Source of the DNA: Thermoplasmata archaeon
GTDB taxonomy: Archaea; Thermoplasmatota; E2; JACPAO01; JAHFTW01
Length of the DNA: 64,000 nt
Reading direction: 5' to 3'
NCBI GenBank assembly: GCA_034667725.1
Contig: JAXDQS010000001.1
Span: 173,593 to 237,592, forward strand
The notes below the pieces were generated by a model. It was given only the letters and a program-made list of their open reading frames with translations. It made no database searches and had not been told where the DNA came from. Of this stretch, positions 1 through 9,535 are shown piece after piece (within the stretch, counting starts at the first letter, position 1; the number at the start of each line of letters is the position of its first letter). A program made the translations under genes and the position numbers.

Positions 1-1
1 C

Positions 2-193
2 GACACGGTCCCCGAGATGGACGCCGCCCGCCGCCTCTACGCCAGCCTCGGCTTCGAGCCGTGCGCCGCCTACTGCGACTCGCCGCTGCGGGAGCCGGTC
101 TTCATGCGGCGCAGCCTGGAGAACCTCCCCGGGCCGGCCCCTCCCAGGGCGCCGTGGCCGGGGGCGAAGGCGCGGCGGCCGGTGCGCCCCTAG
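2..193 (+). CDS. 3' end of an upstream gene, possibly GNAT-type acetyltransferase C-terminus (partial)
   Basis: In-frame translation ...RLYASLGFEPCAAYCDSPLREPVFMRRSL... ending at TAG 191-193 resembles the C-terminal strand/helix of GNAT acetyltransferases. Too short for certainty. Confidence 0.3.
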   Translation, partial: DTVPEMDAARRLYASLGFEPCAAYCDSPLREPVFMRRSLENLPGPAPPRAPWPGAKARRPVRP

Positions 194-230
194 GGCCAAC
201 CCTTATGGCCGGCCCCCAAGTCGCGCCGCC

Positions 231-1205
231 ATGGCCCACGAGGTCATGGTCTTCGACGCCGCCGAGTTCGTGGCGGAACAGGTCGCCGCCGTGCGCAAGC
301 AGGTCGGCAGCCGCACCGCCGTCATCGCGGTCTCCGGGGGCGTGGACTCGACCATCGCGGCCGCCATCGTCCACGACGCCATCGGCAAGCAGCTGCACGC
401 CGTCTACGTGGACACCGGCTTCATGCGCAAGGGCGAGTCGGAGCAGGTCGAGGCGATGTACCGCCGCATGGGCCTGAACCTCACCGTCGTCCACGCCCGC
501 GCCGAGTACTTCGAGGCCCTCCACGGCGTCACCGAACCCGAGCGCAAGCGCAAGATCATCGGCGAGAAGTTCATCCGCATCTTCGAGCGCGAGTCCAAGA
601 AGACCGGCGCCACCGTCCTGGTGCAGGGCACCATCGCCCCCGACTGGATCGAGTCCGGCGGCGGCAACCGCGACACCATCAAGTCGCACCACAACGTCGG
701 CGGCCTCCCCAAGGACATGCAGCTCGAGCTGTGCGAGCCGCTCTACCACCTCTACAAGGACGAGGTCCGCGCCGTGGCCCGCCACCTCAAGGTGGAGGTC
801 GCCGAGCGCCAGCCGTTCCCCGGCCCCGGCCTCGCCGTCCGCGTCATCGGCCTCCTGACCCCCGAGCGCGTCGAGATCGCCCGCGAGGCCTGCGACGTCG
901 TCGAGCGCGAGATCGAGGCCGCCGTCGCCGCCGGCAAGATGGCCCGCCCCTGGCAATACTTCGCGGTCCTCACCAACACGCCCACCGTCGGCGTCCAAGG
1001 CGACCTGCGGGCCTACGGCGAGACCGTCGCGGTGCGCGCCATCGATTCGCTGGACGCCATGACCGGCACGGCGGTCCACGTTCCTTACGAGGTGCTGGGC
1101 CGCATCGCGCGCGGCATCACCAACCACCCGCGGCTCAAGGACAAGGTCAACCGCGTCGTGTACGACATCACGGACAAGCCGCCGGCGACCGTGGAATGGG
1201 AGTAG
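231..1205 (+). CDS. guaA: GMP synthase [glutamine-hydrolysing] subunit B (ATP pyrophosphatase domain)
   Basis: PP-loop SGGVDS near the N-terminus and a conserved GMP-synthase C-terminal dimerisation region (…YDITDKPPATVEWE). A separate B subunit is typical of archaea. 324 aa. Confidence 0.9.
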   Translation: MAHEVMVFDAAEFVAEQVAAVRKQVGSRTAVIAVSGGVDSTIAAAIVHDAIGKQLHAVYVDTGFMRKGESEQVEAMYRRMGLNLTVVHARAEYFEALHGVTEPERKRKIIGEKFIRIFERESKKTGATVLVQGTIAPDWIESGGGNRDTIKSHHNVGGLPKDMQLELCEPLYHLYKDEVRAVARHLKVEVAERQPFPGPGLAVRVIGLLTPERVEIAREACDVVEREIEAAVAAGKMARPWQYFAVLTNTPTVGVQGDLRAYGETVAVRAIDSLDAMTGTAVHVPYEVLGRIARGITNHPRLKDKVNRVVYDITDKPPATVEWE

Positions 1206-1223
1206 CCCGCGGGCGCCAAGGGC

Positions 1224-2384
1224 CTAAGCCTTCAAGGTGCGCGCCAACGGCGCGACCTGGACGTTCGCCGCCGGCCGGCGCGCCAGCGCTTGGAGGACGT
1301 CCTCCAGCAGCACATGGGTGCCTTCGATGCCGATGCTGAGGCGGACCAGGCCGGGCGTGATGCCGGCGGCGCGGCGGTGCGCCTCGGGCATGGCGCTGTG
1401 CGTCGTGGAAGCGGGGTGGCTGGCCAGCGACTCGTAGCCGCCGAGGCTGACGGCTCGGGTGAAGACCTCGAGGCGGTCCAGGAAGCCCATCGCGGCCGCC
1501 TCGGAGCCGAGGTCCAAGGTCAGGACGCAGCAGCCCTCCATCTGGCTGGCCGCGACCTCATGGTCGGGGTGGCCGGAGAGCATCGGGTGGCGGACGGTGA
1601 AGCCCTCGGCCTCCAGCGACTCGGCGATGTCGAGGGCGCCTTGGTTGGCCGCCTCGACCCGGAGCCGCAGGGTGCGGGCGCCGCGCAGCACGAGCCAGGC
1701 CGTGTCGGCGTCGAGCACCGCGCCGGCGTCCTTGCGCCAGTCGCGTGCCCGGCCGACCAGCTCCTCGCTGCCGAGCACGGCGCCGGCCAGGAGGTCGCTG
1801 TGGCCGTTGACGCCCTTGGTGAGGCTGTGGACGACGAGGTCGGCGCCGAACTCCAGGGGGCGTTGGCCAAGCGGGGTGCAGAAGGTGTTGTCCACCACGA
1901 GCTTGCCGCCGGCCTTGTGGGTCCAGTCGGCGGCGCGGCGCAGGTCCACGACGCGCAGGGTCGGGTTCATCGGCGTCTCGATGAAGACGGCGTCGACGCG
2001 CTTGCCGATGGCGCGCTTGAGGGCGTCCGGGTCGGCGGTGTCGCAGCGCACCACCTCGACGCCCCAGCCGGCCAGCTTGTCCAGGAGGGTGTGGGTGCAG
2101 CCGTAGACACAGGGGTCCGCCACGACGCGCGCGCCGGGCTTGAGGACGGCCATGAGCGCGCAGTGGATGGCGGCCATGCCGGAGGCGGTGGCGACGCAGG
2201 CCTCGGCGCCTTCCAGCTCGGCCAGATGCTGCTCGAGCGCCGCGACGGTGGGGTTCTCCATGCGGCTGTAGACCAGGCCAGCCTCGCCGGCGAAGCGGCG
2301 CGCAGCCTCCGCCGCCGTCGGCGAACTGAAGGTGCTGGAGCGCACGATGGGCGGGTTGATGGCACCGTACGGGTGGCCAGGCAT
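1224..2384 (-). CDS. Cys/Met-metabolism PLP-dependent enzyme (cystathionine gamma-synthase / methionine gamma-lyase family)
   Basis: 386 aa. Has the conserved SLTKGVNGHSD Schiff-base lysine context and the overall MetB/MetC/MGL family fold signature (…VVDNTFCTPL…). Confidence 0.8.
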   Translation of the reverse strand: MPGHPYGAINPPIVRSSTFSSPTAAEAARRFAGEAGLVYSRMENPTVAALEQHLAELEGAEACVATASGMAAIHCALMAVLKPGARVVADPCVYGCTHTLLDKLAGWGVEVVRCDTADPDALKRAIGKRVDAVFIETPMNPTLRVVDLRRAADWTHKAGGKLVVDNTFCTPLGQRPLEFGADLVVHSLTKGVNGHSDLLAGAVLGSEELVGRARDWRKDAGAVLDADTAWLVLRGARTLRLRVEAANQGALDIAESLEAEGFTVRHPMLSGHPDHEVAASQMEGCCVLTLDLGSEAAAMGFLDRLEVFTRAVSLGGYESLASHPASTTHSAMPEAHRRAAGITPGLVRLSIGIEGTHVLLEDVLQALARRPAANVQVAPLARTLKA

Positions 2385-2436
2385 GGACCGGGACCTTCCA
2401 CCCGCCGCTTGAACCTTCGTCGGCGTGTCTGTCCCG

Positions 2437-3411
2437 TCAGAAAGGGTCCGCCTCGAAGGGCAGCTCGTCCCAGGCGAGCCGGGTGGCAGCGTCGGCGCCC
2501 AGGTAGCCGGACTCCAGGTCCTTCATGCGGCCGTAGACCGCGTCGCTCCGCGGCATCGAGGCCAGCAGCTTCTCGCCCAAGCGCACCAGGCGCCCCGTGA
2601 TCTGCTCGGTCTCGGTCGGCCGGCGGGCCGCCACGTCCTGGAGCATGCTGTTGCGGTTGGCCTGGGTGCGGCCGAGCACGTCGAGCGCCAGCGCACGCAG
2701 GTCGCCGTCCGGGATGGGCACGCGGGCCCGCCGCGCCAGTGCCTCGGCCTCGTCGATCAAGCCCTGGGCCAGCCCGCGCAGCTCGGCGCGCGCCAGGATG
2801 TCGCCGTTGGTGGCGCCATGCAGCGCCCCGACCGGGTTGATGCCGCTGTTGAGGATGGCCTTCTGCCAGGTCCAGCCGCGCATCTGGTCGGCCCACGCCG
2901 GCGCCAGCGCCGCGTCCGCGAGCAGGCCGTGGAGCGTGCGCGCCGCCTCCGCCCCCGCGGGCGCCATCGGGCCGACACGGAACCCGCCGAGCCCCGTGTG
3001 CACCAGTTTGCCGGGCGCCTCGACGTCGACGCCGTGGCTGGTCGTCGCCACCGCGATGCGGTCCACGGGCAGGTGGCGGGCCAGCTTCTCCGCGTTGCCG
3101 AGGCCGTTCTGCAAGGTCGCGTACACGCCGCCGGGCGCCAGCAGACGGGCCGTGGCCGCCGCCAGCGGCGCCGTGCGGTAGGCCTTCGCCGTGAGCACGA
3201 TGGCGTCGAAGCCGGGCCGCAGCGCGGCGGCGTCGGTGGCGACCGTCGGGTCCACGCACAGGCTGGTCTCGCCGCGCACGCACAGGCCGTCCTTGGCGAT
3301 GGCGTCGCGGTGCCGGGCCGTGGTGAGCAGCGTGACGTCGTGGCGCGCTTCCAGGAGCCGCGCGCCCAGCCACTGACCGATGGCCCCGGCGCCGGCGACG
3401 AGGAGCCTCAA
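2437..3411 (-). CDS. panE: 2-dehydropantoate 2-reductase (ketopantoate reductase, ApbA/PanE family)
   Basis: N-terminal Rossmann motif LLVAGAGAIGQWLGARL plus an ApbA C-terminal domain. The likely TTG start at 3411 overlaps the thiI stop (TTGA). Start is uncertain. Confidence 0.6.
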   Translation of the reverse strand: MRLLVAGAGAIGQWLGARLLEARHDVTLLTTARHRDAIAKDGLCVRGETSLCVDPTVATDAAALRPGFDAIVLTAKAYRTAPLAAATARLLAPGGVYATLQNGLGNAEKLARHLPVDRIAVATTSHGVDVEAPGKLVHTGLGGFRVGPMAPAGAEAARTLHGLLADAALAPAWADQMRGWTWQKAILNSGINPVGALHGATNGDILARAELRGLAQGLIDEAEALARRARVPIPDGDLRALALDVLGRTQANRNSMLQDVAARRPTETEQITGRLVRLGEKLLASMPRSDAVYGRMKDLESGYLGADAATRLAWDELPFEADPF

Positions 3412-4397
3412 GCCGTGACCGTCCTGCGCATCGACAGCAGGGACTCGACGGTCTCGCGGGCGGCCGGGTCGAGGATGGAGGTCGGCGCCTCCATGCGCAG
3501 CCCAAGGCGGCCGAGCACGGCGGCGTACTCGTCCGGGTCGAGGCCGCACACCGGGCGCAGCACCGGGAACGCGACGCCGCCGCGAAGGTCGGAGCCCAGC
3601 CGGTCGCCCGTCACGAGCGCCAACGCGCCGGCGCCGCGCGCGACCTCGCAGGCGGCGGCCAGCAGCACCGGCTTCGCCGTGCGGCCCGAGCAGACCGGCA
3701 GCACCTCGACGTCGCGCGGCCCGCCCCACGCGGCCATGGCCTCGACGCCCTCCGTCGGGACCGAGCCGGTGTCGCCGGAGTGCAGGTAGGCGACCGCGCA
3801 GCCGCGGCGCATCATGAGCCACGTCGCCACGAACGACGCCTCGTCCGACACGAGCGCCAGCACCAGGCCCTGCGAGCCGACGGGGAGGCCGCCGGGGCCT
3901 TCGAGCGTCTGGGTGAAGACGAACGCCTGGTCCTGCCGGATGTCGATGTGGACCTCGAAGTCCGGCCGGTCCAGGTCGACCTCGACCGGCTGTCCCGCGT
4001 CGCGGCGGGTGGTGAAGACCCGGCTGCCCGCCTGGACCTGGACGTCCATGCTGGAATACGGGTGGCTGCCCTCGCGGCGGGCACGCACCGCGAAGGTCTT
4101 GCCCGGCAGGCCAGCGGCGGCCTCGGCGGCGGCCGCGCACAGGGTTTCCATGCTGGCGCCGACGCGGCGGCACGGGCTCGCGGACACGACGCCGAAGGTG
4201 CGCGCCGCGACCTGCGCCAGCGCCATCGGGTCGGGGCCCACCAGCCAGACACGGCTGCCGGCTTGCAGGACGTCGCCCTCGACGCGGCCGCGCACCAGGC
4301 CGTCCAAGAGGTTGCGGCGCAGGCGTTCGACCATCGCGCGCCGCACCGGCGCCGACTTGATGCCGATCTCGCCGAAGCGGACCAGCACGCCGTCCAT
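3408..4397 (-). CDS. thiI: ThiI-like tRNA sulfurtransferase (THUMP + adenine-nucleotide alpha-hydrolase domain)
   Basis: N-terminal LVRFGEIGIKS matches the ThiI THUMP signature (…YGEI.LKG). The PP-loop position reads SDEAS instead of SGG.DS (degenerate). I moved the start to ATG 4397 (MDGVLVRFGEI…) because the track's GTG start at 4418 would overlap tRNA-Leu. Confidence 0.6.
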   Translation of the reverse strand: MDGVLVRFGEIGIKSAPVRRAMVERLRRNLLDGLVRGRVEGDVLQAGSRVWLVGPDPMALAQVAARTFGVVSASPCRRVGASMETLCAAAAEAAAGLPGKTFAVRARREGSHPYSSMDVQVQAGSRVFTTRRDAGQPVEVDLDRPDFEVHIDIRQDQAFVFTQTLEGPGGLPVGSQGLVLALVSDEASFVATWLMMRRGCAVAYLHSGDTGSVPTEGVEAMAAWGGPRDVEVLPVCSGRTAKPVLLAAACEVARGAGALALVTGDRLGSDLRGGVAFPVLRPVCGLDPDEYAAVLGRLGLRMEAPTSILDPAARETVESLLSMRRTVTA

Positions 4398-4411
4398 GGG
4401 GGAAGCCAAGA

Positions 4412-4493
4412 TGCGCACGACAGGATTCGAACCTGTGAAGCACGAAGCAACCGATCTTGAGTCGGTTCCCGTTGGCCGCTTGGGTACGTGCGC
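4412..4493 (-). tRNA. tRNA-Leu (anticodon CAA), class II with long variable arm
   Basis: Hand-folded cloverleaf on the minus strand. It has a 7-bp acceptor stem GCGCACG/CGTGCGC, a 5-bp anticodon stem ACCGA/TCGGT with loop CTCAAGA, a T-arm ACAGG-TTCGAAT-CCTGT, and discriminator A. CCA is not encoded. Confidence 0.75.
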
Positions 4494-4526
4494 GGTGGGT
4501 CGGGCGACCCCCGGCTTGTAGAAAAA

Positions 4527-6293
4527 CTACCGGTGCGCCCCGCTCTGGACGTTCCACAGGTCGGCGTAGACCCCGCCCTTGGCCACCAAGGCGTCGTGGG
4601 GGCCGCGCTCGACGATGACGCCGTCCACCAAGACCAGGATTTCGTCGCTCTGCCGGACGGTGCTCAGGCGGTGCGCGACGGCGACCGTGATGCGGCCTTC
4701 GCGGAAGCGGTGCAGGTTGCGCTGGATCAGTTCCTCGGTGCGCGTGTCCACGGCGGAGGTGGCTTCGTCCAAGACCAGGATGGCGGGGTCGCGCAGGATG
4801 GCGCGGGCGAGGCTGATGCGCTGGCGCTGGCCGCCGCTGAGCTTGAGGCCGCGCTCGCCGATGGGGGTGTCGTAGCCCTGTGGGAGCGCTTGGATGAACT
4901 CGTCGGCGCCGGCGATGCGGGCGGCCTCCTGGACGCGCTCCATCGGGGCCTCGGGGTGGCCGAGCCGGATGTTCTCCGCGACGGTGCCGCTGAACAGGAA
5001 CGCCTCTTGGCTGACGTAGCCGATGTGGCGGCGCAGGCTGGCGAGGGTGTAGTGATGCAGCGGCTTGCCGTCGACGAGGACCTGGCCTTGCGTCGGCTCG
5101 TAGTAGCGCAGCAGGAGCTTGATGATGGTCGACTTGCCGGCGCCGGTGGGGCCGACGATGCCGAGCACTTGGCCGCGCTGGACGGTGAAGTCGAGGCCAT
5201 GGAGGACGGGCTCGCGGGTCGGGTAGGCGAAGTGGACGCCCGCGAACGCGACGGAGCGGGGCTGGGCCGCAAGCGGGACGGCGCCCGGGAGGTCGCGGAT
5301 GGTGGGCTTGGTGCCCAGGAGGTCGAGGATGCGCTTGGCGCTGGCCTCGCTGCGCTGAATCTGGTTCAGCAGCATGCTCAGGATGAACAGCGGCATGATG
5401 AGGCGCATCGCGAACAGCACGAAGGTCACGTAGTCGCCGATGGTGGGGCCGACGCCCGAGAAGGTCATCCAGCCACCGACGGCGATGAGGAGGGAGAAGC
5501 TGAGGCCGGCGATGACGTAGATGAGGGGGATGAAGCGGGCGCGGGTGCGGGCCGCGGCGACGGCGGCGTCGCGGTACTCGGCGCTGCGGGCGCCCATGCG
5601 CGCGGCCTGCTGCGCCTCCGCGGTGTAGGCCTGGATGACGCCGATGCCCTGGAGGTTGTTCTCGAGGATGGCGTTCATGTTGCCGATGGCCTCGCGGCTG
5701 CGGCGGTACTGCGGCTGGATGCGCTTGGCGAAGAACCGCACCACGATGACGGCGATCGGGAGCGGCGCGAACAGCAGCAGCGCGAGGTGCCAGTCGAGCC
5801 ACAGCAGGAAGCCGTAGATGCCGACGAACGTGATGACGAGGCGGACCATCGAGGTGGTCGCGTCCGAGAGGAAGTTCTCCAGGTTGTCCACGTCGCCCGC
5901 CAGCACCGACATGATGTCGCCCGGCGGCCGCTCCTCGAAGGTGCGCACGTCCAGCGTCTGGAGGTGGCCGTAGAGGCGGGTGCGGATGTCGTGGCGGACC
6001 TTCTGCGCCAGCGTGTCCCAGGCGTAGTCGCTGGCCGACTGGAAGATGGCGAGGCCGACGAAGGTCCCGAGGATGGCGACGCCATACCACATGAAGTCGC
6101 GCACGGCGATGGCGGCGATGCCGCCCTGCGCGATGCGGTCGACGAGGATGCCAACGATCAGCATCGGGAGCAGGTCGAACAGGCGCGCCATCGCGTTGGT
6201 GCCGAGGCCGACGGCGACGCGACCGCGGTACGGGCGGACGTACGGGACGATCTGCCACAGATGCTTCCCGAGCGTCCGGTCCTTCTCTGCCAA
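4527..6293 (-). CDS. ABC transporter, fused permease + ATP-binding subunit (MsbA/MdlB-type exporter)
   Basis: Six-TM N-terminal domain followed by Walker A GPTGAGKST, ABC signature LSGGQRQR, Walker B ILVLDEATSAVD and H-loop AHRL. The start is set at TTG 6293 (M-AEKDRTLGKHLWQIVPYVRPYRG…). The upstream part of the 806-aa track ORF is a GC artefact. Confidence 0.85.
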   Translation of the reverse strand: MAEKDRTLGKHLWQIVPYVRPYRGRVAVGLGTNAMARLFDLLPMLIVGILVDRIAQGGIAAIAVRDFMWYGVAILGTFVGLAIFQSASDYAWDTLAQKVRHDIRTRLYGHLQTLDVRTFEERPPGDIMSVLAGDVDNLENFLSDATTSMVRLVITFVGIYGFLLWLDWHLALLLFAPLPIAVIVVRFFAKRIQPQYRRSREAIGNMNAILENNLQGIGVIQAYTAEAQQAARMGARSAEYRDAAVAAARTRARFIPLIYVIAGLSFSLLIAVGGWMTFSGVGPTIGDYVTFVLFAMRLIMPLFILSMLLNQIQRSEASAKRILDLLGTKPTIRDLPGAVPLAAQPRSVAFAGVHFAYPTREPVLHGLDFTVQRGQVLGIVGPTGAGKSTIIKLLLRYYEPTQGQVLVDGKPLHHYTLASLRRHIGYVSQEAFLFSGTVAENIRLGHPEAPMERVQEAARIAGADEFIQALPQGYDTPIGERGLKLSGGQRQRISLARAILRDPAILVLDEATSAVDTRTEELIQRNLHRFREGRITVAVAHRLSTVRQSDEILVLVDGVIVERGPHDALVAKGGVYADLWNVQSGAHR

Positions 6294-6331
6294 CGGGGCG
6301 GGGACTTGGGTCTTGGGGAAAAACCGTGGCG

Positions 6332-6880
6332 TCAGAGCGGAACGTGGGCGGCGAGCGCTTTCACGGTGGTCCGGAGCCGCAGCGCCAGCAGGACCGCCAG
6401 CACGACGCTGGGCACCAGCAGCGCGCCCCACATCGCCTCCGGGAACACGACGCCGACGACGACGGGCCCGCGCAGGTAGGCGATGAACTTCTCCTCCAGG
6501 AGCGCGTTCTGCACGAACAGCACCGTGTTGGCGAAGAACAGCACCAGCAGCCAAGGGTAGTAGGCGGGCTGGAACTGCGCGGCGCCCCACAGGATGATGG
6601 TGATGCCGAGCATGTCGAACACCGAGTCCAGCACGGCGCCGCTGCGGGTCTGCAGCCTCCCGACGCGGGCCAGGATGCCGTCGCCGCCGTCGAGCACGAT
6701 GACGAACACGGTCGAGAGCGCGAACACCAGCGCCCAGCCCTGGATGGCCGCGACCACCTCCAGCATGAACACCGGCAGCTGCAGGAAGGTGAAGTGGTTG
6801 GGATGGACGCCGCGCGCCAAGAGGAAGCGCGCGCCTTTCTCGAACGGCCGGTCGAAGTTGCCCTCGCCCGCGTCGCTCAT
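6332..6880 (-). CDS. CDP-alcohol phosphatidyltransferase family protein (archaeal polar-lipid head-group synthase type)
   Basis: 182 aa, multi-TM. Carries the CDP-OH transferase motif DG.DGILAR…G…LDSVFD. The ATG at 6880 overlaps the cysS stop (ATGA). Confidence 0.75.
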   Translation of the reverse strand: MSDAGEGNFDRPFEKGARFLLARGVHPNHFTFLQLPVFMLEVVAAIQGWALVFALSTVFVIVLDGGDGILARVGRLQTRSGAVLDSVFDMLGITIILWGAAQFQPAYYPWLLVLFFANTVLFVQNALLEEKFIAYLRGPVVVGVVFPEAMWGALLVPSVVLAVLLALRLRTTVKALAAHVPL

Positions 6881-8430
6881 GCGCGGGACCACCGCGGCCC
6901 CTGCGCCGTGTCCTCGATGCGGTAGCCGGCCTTCGCCACGGCCGCACGGATGGCGTCGCTGCGCGGCCAGTCGCGGGCCGTGCGCGCGGCGGCGCGCGCC
7001 TCCAGGACGCGCAGCATCGCCGCCGACTCGGTGGCGTCGGCGGGCGGCGGCAGCCCCAGCGATGCGACCAGCTCCACCAGCGGCGGCGGCGCCACGGCGC
7101 CGCCCGCCTGCTGGACGGGGCGGTCGAACAGCGTGAGGGCGGCGCCGCAGCGCTCGAAGGCCGCGAGGGCGGCGCCCGCGGCCGCGGCGCCGAGGCGGCC
7201 GGTGTCGAGGGCGGTGTTGGCCCAGCGCTGGAAGGCGAACAGCGCGGCGATGGCGCCCGGCGTGTGCAGGTCGTCGTCCATCGCGGCCGCGAAATCCGCC
7301 TCGAGCGCGAGGAGGGCGTCGGCGAGCGGCCGGTCCACGTCGGGCGCGTCCGGGTTGTCGGCGCGGACGGCGGCGTGCAGATGGGCGCGGGTGCGCTCCA
7401 GGCGACCGAGGGCGGTGGTGGCCTCCGCGAGCCCCTTCCGGCTGAAGTCGATCTTGCTGCGGTACTGCGTCTGCACGAAGTAGAACCGCAGGGCGGCGGG
7501 GTCGGTGCCGTCGGCGGCGAGGCCGTCCAGCATCGACTCGAGCGTGATGAAGTTCCCCAGCGACTTCGACATCTTCTCGCCCTCGACGTTGAGGAACCCG
7601 GTGTGCATCCAGACCTGGACGAACGGCGCCTTCCCGGTCTTGGCCTGCGACTGCGCCACCTCGTTCTCGTGGTGCGGGAAGATGAGGTCCTGGCCGCCGC
7701 CGTGGATGTCGATGGTGTCGCCGAGCGCCGCCGTCGCCATCAGGCTGCACTCGATGTGCCAACCCGGACGGCCCCGGCCCCACGGCGAGTCCCAGGAGCT
7801 GTCCTTGTGGTCCGCCGGCTTGGCGGCCTTCCACAACGCGAAGTCGGCGGCGTGCCGCTTGTCGCCTTCTACGTCCTTGCGCGTCCCCGCCGCCATCTCG
7901 CGGAAGTCGCGGTTCGAGAGCGAGCCGTAGCCGCAGCCCGGCATCTCGCGCGCCGCGAACGCATCGTAGGCGGGCACGTCGAAGTACACGCTCCCCTCCG
8001 GCGTGGCGTACGCGAACCCGCGCGCCACGATGGCCTCGATGAAGCGGACGATGGGCGCGATGTTCTGGGTCACGTGGGGCGCATGGTCCGGCGGCCGGAC
8101 GCCCAACCGGGCCATCTGCGCCGCGCACCGGGCGTCCCAATCGGCCGCGTGCTTGAGCGGACTGACCCCGACCTCCAGGGCGCGGGCGATGATCTTGTCG
8201 TCCACGTCGGTCACGTTCTGCACGAACGTCAACCGCCCCCAGCCCTCGGTCGCCGCCCGATGCTCCAGCCAACGGCGCGCCACCTCGAAGGCCACCGCCG
8301 TCCGCGCGTGGCCGATGTGGGCATGGTCGTACACCGTCAGGCCGCAGACGTACATCCCGACCTGGCCCGGGCGCAACGGCCGGAACGGCTCCTTCTGGCG
8401 GGTGCGGACGTTGTAGAGCTCCAAGCCCAC
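6877..8430 (-). CDS. cysS: Cysteine--tRNA ligase
   Basis: HIGH motif (HIGHAR), KMSKS (KMSKSLGN) and the Zn-binding CGLTVYDH context. Start is either GTG 8430 or TTG 8454. I prefer 8430 because it leaves a realistic divergent intergenic region. Confidence 0.9.
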   Translation of the reverse strand: MGLELYNVRTRQKEPFRPLRPGQVGMYVCGLTVYDHAHIGHARTAVAFEVARRWLEHRAATEGWGRLTFVQNVTDVDDKIIARALEVGVSPLKHAADWDARCAAQMARLGVRPPDHAPHVTQNIAPIVRFIEAIVARGFAYATPEGSVYFDVPAYDAFAAREMPGCGYGSLSNRDFREMAAGTRKDVEGDKRHAADFALWKAAKPADHKDSSWDSPWGRGRPGWHIECSLMATAALGDTIDIHGGGQDLIFPHHENEVAQSQAKTGKAPFVQVWMHTGFLNVEGEKMSKSLGNFITLESMLDGLAADGTDPAALRFYFVQTQYRSKIDFSRKGLAEATTALGRLERTRAHLHAAVRADNPDAPDVDRPLADALLALEADFAAAMDDDLHTPGAIAALFAFQRWANTALDTGRLGAAAAGAALAAFERCGAALTLFDRPVQQAGGAVAPPPLVELVASLGLPPPADATESAAMLRVLEARAAARTARDWPRSDAIRAAVAKAGYRIEDTAQGPRWSRA

Positions 8431-8578
8431 GCGCCGCCATGGGCATGGACCCAAAAAGGGCGCAGGCTGTCGCCCACGCGTGAACCTCTACTGGCCCGAG
8501 CACCCCTTCCGCAGCGAGGCACGCCGCCAGCGCCGCCGGAAGGCGCGCTGGGCGGCGGCCGAACGGGCCGCGACCAAG

Positions 8579-9535
8579 GTGCTCGTCATCAGCCACGGCG
8601 GCTGCCTCGACGGCATCGGCGCCGTCGTCGTCACCAAGCGCGCGCTCGGCACCGACGGCATCGGTGTCGCCTATGTGCATCCGGGCGACATGGCCGAAGT
8701 GCTCGCCCTCTACGCCCCGCTTGCCGGCAAGGGCCGTTGCCTGCTCATCGCCGACCTGAGCCTCCAGCCCGACCAGGCCGACGCCATCGCCGCCGCCTGC
8801 CGGGCCCTCCGGGCCAACGGCTGGCGCATCGAGTGGCGCGACCACCACCACAAGCAATGGGAAGGCGTCCCCCTCGCTGCCCTGCAAGCTGAGCTGGACG
8901 TGCTGGAGGTCAACCGCGACGCCACCGAGTCCGGCGCCTCCCTCCAACAGCTGGCCTACGCCCCCGACGACCCGTTCTGCAAGACGCTCGCCGCCAAGGT
9001 GCGCGACCGCGACCTGTGGTGGAACAAGGACCCCGACTCCGAGACGCTGGAGTTCGCGCTGTCCTACCTCGGCTCCAAGGAGTTCGAGGCCCACCTCGTG
9101 CGTGCGCCCTCCGACGGCCCCGTCGTGGACCAGGCGCTCGCGGCGGCGGCTCGCGCGGAGCGCGACCGCCAGGCCGCGGTGCTGGCCCGCATGTTGGGCG
9201 AGGCACGGCGGTTCGGCGATGGCCCGCACCGTGTCGGCGTCATCTACGGCTGGCTGCCGAAGAACACGGGCCTGCACGAACTCCTGCAAGGCGACTGCGC
9301 CATCGCCATCAACGTCCGCCCGAACGGCAAGGTCAGCCTTCGGAGCCGCAAGGAGGCCGCCGTGTGCCACCTCGTGGCCCGCGACTTCGCCGGCGGCGGC
9401 CACCCGAACGCTTCGGGCGCCGACCTTGGCCTGCGCGGCCTCGGCTACTGGTGGTACGTCGTGCGCCGCGGCCGGGTCGCGCGGGTCGCGCAGATGGCCG
9501 AGCGCGCCGTGCAAGCCCTCCGGACGGGCGCCTGA
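8579..9535 (+). CDS. DHH/DHHA1 family phosphoesterase (NrnA-like)
   Basis: N-terminal ISHGGCLDGIGA motif, DHH motif (WRDHHH) and DHHA1 GGGHPNASG. The likely GTG start is 8579 (MLVISHGG…); the track alternative is 8480. The stop overlaps the endA start (TGATG). Confidence 0.7.
   Translation: MLVISHGGCLDGIGAVVVTKRALGTDGIGVAYVHPGDMAEVLALYAPLAGKGRCLLIADLSLQPDQADAIAAACRALRANGWRIEWRDHHHKQWEGVPLAALQAELDVLEVNRDATESGASLQQLAYAPDDPFCKTLAAKVRDRDLWWNKDPDSETLEFALSYLGSKEFEAHLVRAPSDGPVVDQALAAAARAERDRQAAVLARMLGEARRFGDGPHRVGVIYGWLPKNTGLHELLQGDCAIAINVRPNGKVSLRSRKEAAVCHLVARDFAGGGHPNASGADLGLRGLGYWWYVVRRGRVARVAQMAERAVQALRTGA

Noticed and set aside
2437-6258. 1273-aa minus-strand ORF spanning panE, thiI, the tRNA and the ABC exporter region
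   Set aside because: The translation is an Arg/Pro/Gly-rich low-complexity artefact of 70% GC. It overlaps four well-supported genes and a tRNA. Only the C-terminal PanE part (2437-3411) is real.
6332-9514. 1060-aa minus-strand ORF
   Set aside because: Only its last 182 codons (the CDP-alcohol phosphatidyltransferase) look like protein. The remainder is antisense to cysS and the DHH gene and is R/G/A-rich junk.
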